A stretch of DNA of 40,524 nucleotides, taken from Emiliania huxleyi CCMP1516 (Eukaryota). The notes beneath the pieces are model-generated. The model was not told the origin of the DNA and searched no databases. It saw only the letters and a list, made by a program, of their open reading frames with translations. A program made the position numbers and the translations under genes. The DNA lies in the NCBI RefSeq assembly GCF_000372725.1, contig NW_005202428.1:377669-418192 (forward strand), written 5' to 3'. Position 1 is the stretch's first letter; each line of letters starts with the position of its first letter. Shown here piece after piece: positions 21,251 to 32,443 of this stretch.

Positions 21251-22581
21251 TCACTCCCTCCCGCCACCCGCCGCCGCCGCGCTGTCCCCTTCCCGGGAAG
21301 CCGACGAGGCGCCGCCGCCGCCGGCTGCCACCCAGTCGCGCGGATGGCGGAGCACGTCGAGCGTCGCGGCCTCGCGCGAGCCCTCGGGCTGCTCGGCGCT
21401 GGCCTTGTACCGGAAGGCGACGAGCGGCGGCGACGAGACGAGGACCCGCTCCACCGAGTCGGGCGAGAGGCCAAACTTGACGCCGCGGTCATAGAGCAGG
21501 TTGAACTCGATGTAGCGGCCGCGGCGCAGCAGCTGCCACGCCTTCTCGGCCTCGGAGTGCGGGAGCGAGCGCCGCCTCTCCACGAGCGGCAGGTACGGCC
21601 CCGTCGGGTCGAGGGCGGAGGCGAGCAGGTCCTAGACACGAGACGCCCCGCCCGCTGAGAAAAGAAATCACGGGCGCGGCGGCGGCGGCGGCACGCGAGG
21701 GGCTCCTCGCAAAACGCGGGCGCCCACGCCTCGGCCAGGTCATCAAAGAAGACGCCTGCGGGAGCAGGGGGGGGAGTGGGAGGGGGGGAGTGGGAGGGGG
21801 GGAGTGGGAGGGGGGGCGGGGGGGCGGGGGGGCTAGGCTGGAAGGGGAGAGCAGAGCGAGCGCGGGCGGCGCGAGGCCAGCGGCGACGGGCGCGCGCAGA
21901 GGCGAGAGGTAAACTGAGGTGAAGTCAACTTCTCCACTCTCGAGGCGAGAAGGGAGCGAGGCGATCGCCTCCGATGCCGCGGTGCTCCTGCCGGCAGGGG
22001 AGGAAGAAGTAGTCGTCGCAGGAGGCCTTCATCGCCTCGTACGTCCCCTCGGGCCCGTGCCTGCCGCACAGCGCCGCCAGGCTGGCGTGGAAGTACGCGC
22101 AGTCCTCCTCCTCCACGTACGAGGGAGTCAGGTCGAGGCCGCCGCCGTACCACTCGCGCTCGCCGACGACGAAGACGCGCGCGTCGCCTCGCAGCGTCGG
22201 CACGAGCGGCGAGCGCGCGTGCAGCACGAACGAGAGCGCGCACGCAGAATACCGCGCACCCGCCTCGATCCTCGCGCCTGTGCGTCCCGAGATGGTGGCG
22301 GCGCGGACGGCAGAGAGCTCGCCCTCGTCAATCTGCGTGACCGAGATGCAGCCCTTCTCCCACACGTCGCCCTCCTCCAGGATGACCGCCTTGCCGCGCG
22401 AGTGGCAGTCGACTGTCCACACCGCGGCCGGGTCGGCAGCCTTGGCGGCAGAAATCATGCTCTCCTGCAGCCGCGAGACGGCCGCCGCGAAGCGCGAAAA
22501 GCTGGCGGGCGGCGCGGTGGCCACCGCGCCGCCCGTCAGGACCACCGCACCCGCCAGGAGCAGGGATGTGATGGGCGGCAT
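21251..22581 (-). CDS. CPOX: Oxygen-dependent coproporphyrinogen III oxidase-like protein (HemF/CPOX family, divergent), with N-terminal signal/plastid-targeting region; 3 exons
   Basis: Motifs [46 protein letters not shown] and WQLLRRGRYIEFNLLYDRGVKFGL. Introns: 21968-21756 (GC-AG) and 21705-21632 (probable GA-AG). The N-terminus is hydrophobic and followed by an ASF motif. Confidence 0.92.
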
Positions 22582-22773
22582 TGGAGAGGGACAGGAGGCG
22601 ACAGGTTCAGGGCTGCCGCTAAAAGACAGAGCAAGACAAAAAAGAAAACAAAGACGGGGAGGACTGCAGGCGCCACGCCCGCGCCCCCGAGCCAGCTAGG
22701 GGCGGGATTTCGCACGACTGCCGCGAGGAAATTCTTTTTGCGCGTGTAATTCTTTTAAGTACACCAAACAGTC

Positions 22774-22968
22774 TGTCTAGCGTCCACCCATACCACGTTG
22801 GTGTCCAGTCCGAGCCTGGCTGTTCTTCACCTTTCTACCTACCTACCTAAAATTTAGTCTTTGTGTCTGTGTGTCGCTCGTGTCGTCATCATCTGTCCAG
22901 CGTCCACCCATACATACCGCGTTGGTGTCCAGTCCGAGCCTGGCTGTTCTTCATCTTCCTACCTAACC
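22774..22968 (+). repeat. Imperfect direct repeat (about 65 nt x2)
   Basis: tgtc(t/c)agcgtccacccatac...gttggtgtccagtccgagcctggctgttcttca..t..ctacct at about 22774 and 22894. Confidence 0.9.
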
Positions 22969-22981
22969 TAGGATTCCTAGA

Positions 22982-22983
<2 letters not shown>

Positions 22984-23075
<92 letters not shown>
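22984..23075. repeat. (TG)n microsatellite
   Basis: Direct reading. Confidence 0.97.
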
Positions 23076-23076
<1 letters not shown>

Positions 23077-23206
23077 TGCGCAAGTCTATCATCAGCTGTG
23101 AGGACATATCTCACCCCCGACTGAGCTGACTGTGAGCTCCAGACATTATTCCGGACTATCCACAACCCGACGGAGAACAACATTCCAGCTGGTCCCTCGG
23201 TAAGAG

Positions 23207-26009
23207 TTGTGTCGATTGATAGAAAGGCCCAAGAAGAGCGAGCGAGTCGACGCGCTGTGGTTGAAAGCGTTGGGTAGTCCGTACCTGCGCGCGCGCATCA
23301 TGAGCGAGGCACGCAGACTCTCGAGCTGCTCGGGCTTCGGGGTGATAGACTTGCGCAGGGTCGGGCCGAACCTCTGCACGCTCGATGGTGAGCCAATCCG
23401 GGGAGGGACCGTATACAACATCTCCGTCGCGATGAAGAGCCAGGTGCAGGAAGCATCGATCAGTGGATACGACTATGTTGCAGCCCACTTTAATTCCGGA
23501 GCGTTCATGGAGGTCCTCCTGGAGTGCTTGGTGGAGAGCCAATCGTGGGGTGTTTCCGTTTGCCAAGCGAGCTACGACATATTTGACGACTCGACCATGA
23601 CCTTCATCCCCTACTCGAGTCTCCCTGCAGAGGAGGTCGCGCAGACGTGCAGCCAGGCTGGCACCTCCAAGTCATATGGAGGTTGCGGCCTCTGCAAGAG
23701 TGCAGGCTGGGCGGACACCTCTTTCTCGGCCGAGGACATCTCTGGCCCCGGCTGTGGACTCCAGGCGGGGGAACAATACTCTGGGTCGTGCATGCGCTTC
23801 ACATCCAACCAGCAAGTCTCCTTCCCGCTGGCCTTCGACAATACTATCCAGCTGGGCGTTATTCAGATCACAACCAACCCGACCTTCCCCAACTTGGACG
23901 AGGAGAACGATGCCGCCCAGATTTCTGGCAGCACGACAACAGGTGCTACAGCCGCGAGGGTTGCCCCCTCCCCTTACCACCTTGGAGAAGTTTACCTTAC
24001 CTTGTCTTGCCTTACAGGTGCTATCGCGACGGATGCCTCGACTGGGTGCAATTTGGAGGTTGACTTTCAGGGCACCCTTACCTACAGTCGATCAAAGCCT
24101 CCGAGCGCGCCGCCTCCGCCGCCTCCGCCGTCGTTGCCATTACCACCTTCGACACCGCCGCCCGCGCTGCCGCCCTCGCCACCGCCGCTCTCGCCATCGC
24201 CGCCCTTGCTGCCGGGCATCGCGCCCTTGCTGCAGGCATCGCCGCCACCCTCGCCGGCGAGTCCCAGCAGCGGCGGGTTCGTCGAAAGGGACCCGTAGCC
24301 GAGTCAGATGTTTCGAGAGAGTGTAGCTCTCCCCATCCCCGGCGCAGAGACGGGCGGTGCCTGCAGGCGAACAGCAGCTACACGTTGGCGCTCGTCTCGC
24401 AGGCACCTTCACTTTGCACACGGCGGGCGTGCGGACCTGCGCGGCAAGCATGACACTTACCTTCTCCGGGGAAAGTTATTTAGTACGACCCCCCTACCGC
24501 CGCCCAGTACGTGCTCCGCAGCTGAGCCCACGCACCCCACAGCAGCTCAGGGACACAATGAGCTCGCATACGAGTGCTGGTACGCACAGCTCGACGCGTA
24601 CTCGAATGCTGCCACTGTCATTCTAGCCGGCGAGCGGCGGCGTCACAGCGTCGACTCTCGCATCGCGATGAGACGCACTGCTTGCCCAGACGCGCGCCTT
24701 GGCGCGCTCCTGTGGTGCAGGAGGAAGGCCAGCGGTCGTGCTGCGCAGGCCCGGCCGTCTGGCTGAAGGGAGCAGCAGCTGGCGCTCAACAGCAGCGCTG
24801 GCGATTAGCGCAGCCACACCACACTCCCGCCAAGCCACGTGTCATTTCCCGCCAAGATTTGGCGCCAAAATGGCACTTTAGTGTCCACCTAGCCGCGTGG
24901 TCGCGGCCTGAAGCTCCAAGCTTCTGGGACTGAGGTCCCACATCGCTGGACTCCATTTGTGCGCAGGCGGCACCCTTCCGATCGTTCGCCGATATCCGAA
25001 ACCGGGGTCGTACTAAATAACTTTCCCCGGAGAAGGTACTACTCCTTCTTCTCAGCCCCCGGCTTGGCCTGCAACGTCAAGACCGAGAACGCAACCTTCA
25101 GATTGCACGGCGGCCAGCTGCTTGTGCACGGCTCCTTCATCACCGGGGCGCAGTCCCCCCCCCCCCCCCCCCGTCGAAAGAGAGACGCTGGTAAATCACC
25201 AAGCGTCTGCACAAATTAGGTACACGTGGTTGCTCGAGTCGGCGGCGCCAAGCGGAAGTGGGCCAACCTCTCTGTGTGGGCGTCCGAGTTTGACGCCTTC
25301 AACACCGGCACGAGCCCTCGCGTGGATGTGGGAGGAGCCCGCACGCTAGCCAGACGGTCTGCGTACGCTGTAGGATGGCGTTTTGTGAACGGCACCTGCG
25401 GCGGTCACTTTTTCAAGCTCGGCGCGACGGGCAACAAGACGTGCGAGGAGCTAGTCACCCGCGTCGGGTACTCTTCGGCGACAATTGAGGACAAGAAGGG
25501 CTGGACGACCCGCGTCACAGGCGACCACGCGGAGGGGGAGGAATATAAAAGCAATGCCGTTCGGGCGGCACGATTGACGCGCGTCACGACTGCTACGTCA
25601 GGCAACCACGTGTACGATCGGCTCTCCGGCCCGCGCCACCGGCTCGACGTCAGCATCAGCGCAGCAGACGGCGCTGCCGCCCGCTCGCTCCCCCACGGCA
25701 TTGTCACGCACTGGCAGCTGTTCTCCGATGCTTCTGGAGCCGAGAAGGCCAGCCTCGAGCTTTCCTCTAGGCATCGTCGGGCAGAGCTTCTCCTCCCACT
25801 CGCCGCGCCACGGAGCCACCGACATCTACCCTGAGGAAGGACTCTTCGAGACGAGCGCGAACGCCGAGGGCGCGATCGAGGGCTCAGCGGCCATGTACGA
25901 GGTGCCGTCGCCGTACGAGACGCGCTTCGCCTTCTCGCGCTTCGACGCCGCCGAGCGGCTCGAGACGGGCGGGCTTGCAGGGGCGGGCGACGCCTCGGCC
26001 GTGGAGTAG
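23207..26009 (+). CDS. Probable extracellular protein: Cys-containing N-module, Pro-rich linker, (G/R)DPH-type C-terminal module; spliced and interrupted by a MITE; 5' end unclear
   Basis: The spliced reading runs ...GGFVERDP|HLHFAHGGRADLRGKHDTY[MITE]YSFFSAPGLACNVKTENATF...|VHVVARV...|WRFVNGTC...|NHVYDRLSGPRHRLDV...|IVGQSF...AEGAIEG...FAFSRFD. Introns: 24295-24402 (GT), 25148-25219, 25308-25373, 25521-25601 and 25698-25770 (all GC). Confidence 0.65.
24460..25036. mobile_element. MITE (non-autonomous DNA transposon), 577 bp, 33-bp perfect TIRs, TA target-site duplication (Tc1/mariner-like)
   Basis: ccttctccggggaaagttatttagtacgacccc at 24460-24492 is the exact reverse complement of 25004-25036. 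TA lies at 24458-59 and 25037-38. Removing the element and one TA restores GAC ACT TAC TAC TCC (DTYYS). Confidence 0.92.
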
Positions 26010-26095
26010 GTGGGCCGTTCAAGAAGCTACAAGCTCTAGATATACGGCTTTTTCGGGGGGGGGGCGGGGGGCGGGGGGCAAACGCCCCCTGCATG

Positions 26096-26189
26096 TGGGC
26101 CCTCTGGAACATGGTTTCTCTATTTTTCACCGCCAACATGGGGCATATGGGCCCTCGAACAGGGTTTCTCTATTTTTCATCGCCAACAT
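26096..26189 (+). repeat. Imperfect direct repeat x2 (tgggccctc..gaaca.ggtttctctatttttca.cgccaacat)
   Basis: Direct reading. Confidence 0.85.
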
Positions 26190-26364
26190 ACCAGCCCGCC
26201 CGACAAGAGCGCTGCCACTAGAAAGAGAAGTGAGCGGCGTGACGGGGGGCATTCGCCCTCTCCCGCTCCTCTGACTGTCTGAATGTGGGAAGACACAGCA
26301 CTGCACACACACACACACGCACCACAAGTAAAGGATCTGCCCGACCGTCGCGCGGGCGCACGCC

Positions 26365-27342
26365 CTACCCGAACCAGTCGTAGAGCCCGTTGATGAACAG
26401 GTGGACCAGCCAGCCCGGGAAGAACCACACCGCCGCCATCGTCAGCGTGGCGTCCCAGCCGACCACGTAGCGGTGGCGCGGGTACCGGTCGGCGATGGCG
26501 CGGGCGACTGCGCCGGTGTGCTCGTCGAGCTGCGTGTCGAAGGCGTCCATCCACGTCTGCTGCAGCCCGCCCGGCCCGACCGACCGCTTGTACGGCCACC
26601 CAGGCTTGTGGTAGTGACTGTCCGTGTCCGAGATTGGCGTCCGGATGAAGCCGTCGATGACGGTGCTCACGGGGACGATGTTCTCCATGCGGACGGCCGC
26701 GGCCCAGCCCTCCAGCGCCGCCTTGGTCGCCGTGTACGTCGCCAGGCCCGGCAGCGGCACGACGCTAAGGAAGGAGGTGATAAGGACGAGGCGGCCGCCG
26801 CTCCGGACCAGCGCCGGCAGGCAGGCGGAGAAGACTCGCATCGCGCCGAAGACGTTGACGTCGAAGAGGCGGTGGGCGTCGTCGACGTAGGCGGCGTGGC
26901 CAATCTTGTGCGCCACGCCGGCGTTGCTCACCAGCGCGGCCAGAGTGACGTTCTGCAGCCGCGCCTGCAGCGCCGCCACGTCGGCCTCGTCGGTGACGTC
27001 GAGCGAAATGCGCTCGATGTTTGGGTGGTCGAGCTCCGGGATGGAGCGGTTGAGGTGGGAGGGACGCATGCCGGCCCACACGGTGTACCCCTGCTCCGCC
27101 AGGCTGGCCGCCGAGGCCAGGCCGAGCCCCGACTTGGCGCCAGTCACCAGGACGACGGAGCCTCGCGGCGGCAGCACCGTGTGCGAGCGGGCGGGCAGGC
27201 TCCGTGTCGCGATCGAGAAAGCCAGCGACAGGTTGAAGCAAAGCACGGCGAGCCACGCCACGGAGCACACTCGTCGTCGCACGCTCCAGGAGGATGTGGA
27301 AGCCCCCGTAGGGTCGTCGAGCGAGACCCAAGTCGCACGCAT
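26365..27342 (-). CDS. Membrane-anchored short-chain dehydrogenase/reductase (retinol/17-beta-HSD-like), intronless
   Basis: A TM segment precedes VVLVTGAKSGLG (TGxxxGxG), LDVTD, NAG, VNVFG, S and YTATK (YxxxK), with RYVVGWDA near the C-terminus. The start is 27342 or 27465. Confidence 0.9.
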   Translation of the reverse strand: MRATWVSLDDPTGASTSSWSVRRRVCSVAWLAVLCFNLSLAFSIATRSLPARSHTVLPPRGSVVLVTGAKSGLGLASAASLAEQGYTVWAGMRPSHLNRSIPELDHPNIERISLDVTDEADVAALQARLQNVTLAALVSNAGVAHKIGHAAYVDDAHRLFDVNVFGAMRVFSACLPALVRSGGRLVLITSFLSVVPLPGLATYTATKAALEGWAAAVRMENIVPVSTVIDGFIRTPISDTDSHYHKPGWPYKRSVGPGGLQQTWMDAFDTQLDEHTGAVARAIADRYPRHRYVVGWDATLTMAAVWFFPGWLVHLFINGLYDWFG

Positions 27343-27674
27343 CGTGCGCTGCTTTCTCCGGGTGGTTCGGTGGTCGCACGCGCTGACCCAGCGCCTGAGC
27401 CGCGCCGGCGCCGCGTCTGCCGGAGCAGGGGCGTGCGGCCCGGCGCGGCCCCGGCGAGTCGACATGGACACGGCGTGCCTTGCGTGATTCACTCGGGTGA
27501 TTCCGATCGGTTGGGACGGACTCGGTGAAAAGCGGTGGATTTGTGCCTCTAGCTTTCTTTTTCGCGCATTCAGCAAGCTGTCTATTAGGATCGGCCATGC
27601 ATGGGTGAGCTCCTCGCGAGGTTTCGAGGCGAATTGAAGCGTTGATGCAGCCTTGATGCAATTTGGCAAGCACC

Positions 27675-28384
27675 ATGTCCTCGCACGCCGGGACCTGCAC
27701 GTTCGCCGCCGCCGCCGCCGCTGCCGCGCTCTTCGTGGGCCTTGTCGCCGCTCCACCGCCGACCATCTCCGACGTCATCCACAGCGTCGACCACGGCATC
27801 GCCGCACTCGGGCTCTGGCCCAGCGCCGAGATGGCCGCCGCGGGCAACCTGGTCGACTGGTGCGTCACCTCGGAATGCTTCGACGCCGCCTTCCGCGTGG
27901 CCGCCTCTGAGATCAGCCTCGGCGGGATGACTGCGCCGGACGTGGTGATCGGTGACTTCTCGGTCCTGCGATTCCTGCTCTCGGTGGTCGTGGCCGGCGT
28001 CGTGACCAATGCGGCCATGAGAATCGCCGATACGATCGCGCGGCTCCTCTTCACCCACTTCGACGCGGCAAAGTGCAGCCTGCCCAGCGTGCTGCCGTGG
28101 CCCGACCCGCCCGGCAACAGCGCGCCGTTCGACGTGCCGGTCCCCGAGGCGAGCGCGGAGCAGCTCGGAAAGTTCCTCGCCTTCCGTGGCGTCGCGCTGC
28201 CGGCGACCGAGGCGGCGCGGCGCGAGGCGGCCGCTCGCGAGGCGGTCTCTTACATGGCGGAGCTCTTCGACCGCAAGCACAACGAGTGGTGCTACCGGCA
28301 CTATGCGCTGAAGGAGAAGGGCCTCTCCTTTCCGTGCCGCGCAACTAGATGCTGTGCCTGCATGCCTGCCTGCCTGCCTGCTTG

Positions 28385-28424
<40 letters not shown>

Positions 28425-28451
28425 TCGCTCTCTCTCTCTCTCTCTCTCGCT

Positions 28452-28494
<43 letters not shown>

Positions 28495-28521
28495 CCCTCC
28501 CTCACCCCTCCCTCTCTCTCT

Positions 28522-28558
<37 letters not shown>

Positions 28559-29544
28559 GCTGGAGACGCGCGCACACGCGGGACGGAACCGCCGCCCACC
28601 CCTCGCGCTGTCACCCGTCGCGCTGGTAAGCCCGCCCTCCTGGCGGCGGTCGGCACGGGCAGATCTCCCCCAGATCTCCCCCAGATCTCCCCCGGATCTC
28701 CCCAGATCTCCCGCCGCAGGTACCGCGCGCCGTTCATGAACGCGTGGGACTTTTACGGTGAGACGTCGGCATATCTCCCATATCTCCCGTATCTCCCCAT
28801 ATCTCCCCATATCTCTTTGCAGGCGAGACGTCGGCGCACCTGCGCCCGGTCGGCAACGGGCAGGTGATCTTTGCGCTCCACCACACCGTCGAAGGGGTGA
28901 GGGCTCGAGATATGGGGAGATATGGGGGGAGATGTGGGAGATCTGGGAGATATGCCACACCGTCGAGGGAAGGGCTCGAGATATGGAGCGAGATGGAGAT
29001 ATGGGGGGAGATCTGGGAGATCTGGGAGATATGCCACACCGTCGAGGGGGCGAGGGCTCGAGATATGGGGGAATATGGGGAGATATGGGGAGATATGGGA
29101 GATATGCCGCCAGCCCAACACCGTCACCCTCACTCTCTCCCTCACTCTCTCTCTCACTCTCTCCCTCGCTCTCTCCCTCACTCTCTCCCTCACTCTCTCC
29201 CTCGCCCCTCTCGCCCGCCCGCGCAGCTGCTGCTGCCGCTGCTCTACTTTTCGAGCGGCGACGCATCCTTCTTCTACCTCGCGCTGTACGCAGACATGGG
29301 AGTGGAGGCGAGTATGGCATCCCCGCCTCGCTCTGGCGGCAGACCTCCCCAGATCTCGCCAGATCTCGCCCATATCTCCCCAGGCGTATGACATCCTCGC
29401 CCTGCTCTGGCGGCGAGCCACCGGCGCAGACCACACGCTCACGCGCCACCACCCGTCGGTGGACGCGGTGCTGGTGCGCCCCTCTGTCTCTGTCTCTGTC
29501 TCTGTCTCTGTCCCTCCCTCTCTCCCCCTCTGCCCCCCCCCCCT

Positions 29545-29618
<74 letters not shown>

Positions 29619-30888
29619 CTCTCGCTCTCGCTCTCGCTCTCGCTCTCGCTCTCGCTCTCGCTCTCGCTCTCGCTCTCGCTCTCTCCCCACGTCTCCCCGC
29701 CTCTCCCCTCACCTCCCCACATCTCGCCAGGTGCCACACCACCTCTTCGCCATCTGCTACGAGCTCATCGGCCTCATGGCAGACCCTTGCTACCGCACCA
29801 CCACCGGGACTGAGCCTCACTGGGTTCGGTACTCTGGAGGTATGGTACTAGGCGGGCCCGCTCCTCTCCAAGACCTTCATGCTGCACGTCGTCGCCTCTG
29901 CGCACCTGTCCGGTGCCTGTCATGACGCCGCATGCAGTTCCAGCCGCCGCTGACATCGGCACACACACACGCGCCGCAGTTGTCCGCCGGCAGATGTGGG
30001 GAGATGTGGGGAGATGTGGGGAGATATGGGGAGATGTGAGTCGCGCCGGTAGACGCCCACGCACGACACGACCTTGCACAGCGTGTGCCGAGCGGCTCCT
30101 GCCCGTGTCTGGGTGTGGAGATGCGAGGGATAGCCTGGCCCTTGCCCCACCACGTCGCGTGCGTGTGGAGAAGCTCACCCAGCTACCGACTCGTGCCACA
30201 CCCAGGTGTCTTCATCCTCGCGGCCATCGTGCTGCACCAGACGCCGGCGCAGGCGTGGCCTCGCTTTCTCTACCGCTTCCAGGACCGCACTCCCCAGAGG
30301 CGGCAGAGACGGACTGTGTCTTCTAGCTAGAGGGCACGCACCCCGCTCCCCGCTGCACCCCGCTGCACTCAGCTGCACTCAGCTGCACTCAGCTGCACCC
30401 AGCTGCACTCAGCTGCACTCAGCTGCACTCAGCTGCACTCAGCTGCGTCCACGGCCCTGAACGCACGACACAGTACCGCAACTCACACCCGCGACGCAGC
30501 TCTGGTGGCGTCCTGTCGTAGGCCGCAGTCCTCGCGGCCATCTACGCGTGCCGCGTCGTCTGGTGGGCCCCGATCGCCGCCGCCTCGCTGCGCCTCGCGT
30601 ACACGGGCTTCCTGCCCCCGCTGCTCACCCCGCACGGTGCGGCCTTGGGGCCAGAGCCGCGCCCGCGGCACGCTTCCGGTTGTTGCCCACGGGTCTTTCT
30701 TTTGTTGCTCAGGCGTCGCGTCGGAGCCGCGCCTCCTCTCGCCCTGCTTCGCCGCCATGCTCCTGCTCATCGCCTTCTACACCTACTTCAACGCCGACCA
30801 GATCGTGTACAACCGCAAGCTGCTGCGCAAGGCCGGCGAGAGGCTCCGGCTCGCGACAGAGAAGGAGCGGCCCTCGTACTCGTGCTAG
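27675..30888 (+). CDS. Multi-exon multi-pass membrane protein of unknown function (weakly TLC-domain-like)
   Basis: Exons read ...YRAPFMNAWDFY|GETSAHLRPVGNGQVIFALHHTVEG|LLLPLLYFSSGDASFFYLALYADMGVE|AYDILALLW...DAVL|VPHHLFAICYELIG...AMLLLIAFYTYFNADQIVYNRKLLRK. The introns are filled with microsatellite and 10-nt repeats. The later exon boundaries are uncertain. Confidence 0.6.
28364..28555. repeat. (CCTG)n and (CT)n intronic microsatellites
   Basis: Direct reading. Confidence 0.95.
28660..29105. repeat. Intronic 10-nt tandem repeats (ATCTCCCCAG/ATATCTCCCC and the complementary GGGAGATATG)
   Basis: Multiple arrays in both orientations; the same family occurs at 29345-29380, 29993-30037 and 38125-38255. 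Confidence 0.9.
30351..30446 (+). repeat. Tandem 10-nt repeat (agctgcactc)n
   Basis: Direct reading. Confidence 0.95.
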
Positions 30889-32443
30889 AGCGCGGGCAGG
30901 AGCGCGTCGATTCGATGCGTGCTGAAGCGGCGCCATCGGGGTGGAGCGGGGGCGGAGGCGCCCGGGGGGTTCTGTGTCCTCAGCATTGTGCGATATTGAG
31001 AGAGCGATGTGGGCGGATGTGTCTAAGTCGGTGGCCTGAAGACGTGTGAGTCAAGTGCGTCGAGTGTGTCAGGGAGGTACTGGGCTGGGTTTTTAGGCAT
31101 TGTGGGGTTGGCACTCCCATCGACCCTCATGACCTCCTGCGGTCTCTGAGATGGACACCAGTGGGTGTGGGACCACAGCCAGGATACACTCGAAGGCTGG
31201 GTAAGCAGTAGAGGTCGATACTCGACGCGTCCCACATGATCTGTGTCGCTGTCGGCACGCTGTCGAGACAGGACGTCGAGCGACACCGGTGACAGTGCCA
31301 CCCAGGAGTGGTCGGGCGGTCTCCCGTCATGAGAGAGCCACCATGTGATCCGTATGATGATTCCTGACAACCGCCTCAGTCAACTTTCGTCACAGTTCCC
31401 GCTCTGAGAGGAGCTGCGGGTCAGCTCGACAGCTGGAGCTGTGTCGCCGGCGTGCGGCGGCCTGCCTCCGGAGGTGCCTCTGAGGTGGACATTTTTTGGT
31501 CACCGTGAGAGAACGCGTTCGAATTTTCACTCCGGGACTTCAACTCCGCACGCGCACCGGCCAGGGCTACAATAGTGCCAGTGAGGCGGAGGCGCGAGTC
31601 GGAAGGCCGCGACCGTGATTTGGTCCCTTCGTTTCCCTACAATTGCTGTGAACCCAGCCACGTATCAAGACTCCGTCATGACGCGGTCAGATCCCGCGAT
31701 ACACCCGCCCGACCCCCCGCGGGCCCAGGTTCACACTGACACGCACACAACACACACATAAAGGGGATGGGGAAGGACCCTGAGTTGACCAGGGGTTGTG
31801 CGCGCCAGGCCCTCCTGCTCTCGGCTCCACAGCCAGTAGACAAGTATTGTCACACACACCGCTCACCCACGCGCAACGGGCCTTGCACTTTGAATGCCGT
31901 GGGGCTCCTGTCGTTAGACGTGGAGACGCGAGGGTTGCCCCCCCTTGCCCCACCACCTCGTGTGTGTGGAGAAGTTTTACCTCACCGTACTCTACCGCTT
32001 ACCTTGTCATCAACAGGGTAGAACGATCTGACCTCGGGGCCGATGTGACCAAGCGCTGGTCTAGCGTGATTTCACCTCACACCCATGGTCTCACAGTGTG
32101 CCGGCAAGCGGCAGTCGCCGAGCAGTGTCGCTCACACAAGCCGCAGCACAAGTGACTGAGGGCCAGTGAGGGCGAGCCCATCGCTGTCACAGCTGTGGCA
32201 GCCGCACAGTAGGCTGTGTCAACTGTGCAGAGCGTGTGAGCAGCAGAGGAGCTGCTCTCCAGGCTTCTGTCGCAAAGAGCTGCATGCCACCGAAGGCGCT
32301 GTCGAGCCTCGTCAAGCTGGAATTTTCCAAATGCAAATCACGTGTCAACCCTGCCCAAATGGGTGATCTGATGCTTGTAGGGCTTGAGAGTGGCCTGCCA
32401 TGTCACAAGAAGGACTGTGGTTGCAGGAGAGTACCACCAACCA

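Noticed and set aside
19133..22581. ALDH, CPOX and neighbours as a metabolic gene cluster
   Set aside because: There is no coherent shared pathway, and adjacency alone is weak evidence in a gene-dense eukaryote.
26401..27528. Long antisense and alternative-frame ORFs over real genes (also 38418-39701, 19893-21029, 33489-34646)
   Set aside because: These are expected shadows of high-GC3 coding sequence and contain no recognisable motifs.
28345..29851. Long ORFs rich in ERER/SLSL/GDMG
   Set aside because: They are translations of intronic microsatellites and 10-nt repeats.
31023..31400. Minus-strand ORF as a gag-like remnant
   Set aside because: It has no recognisable motif and cannot be supported without a search.
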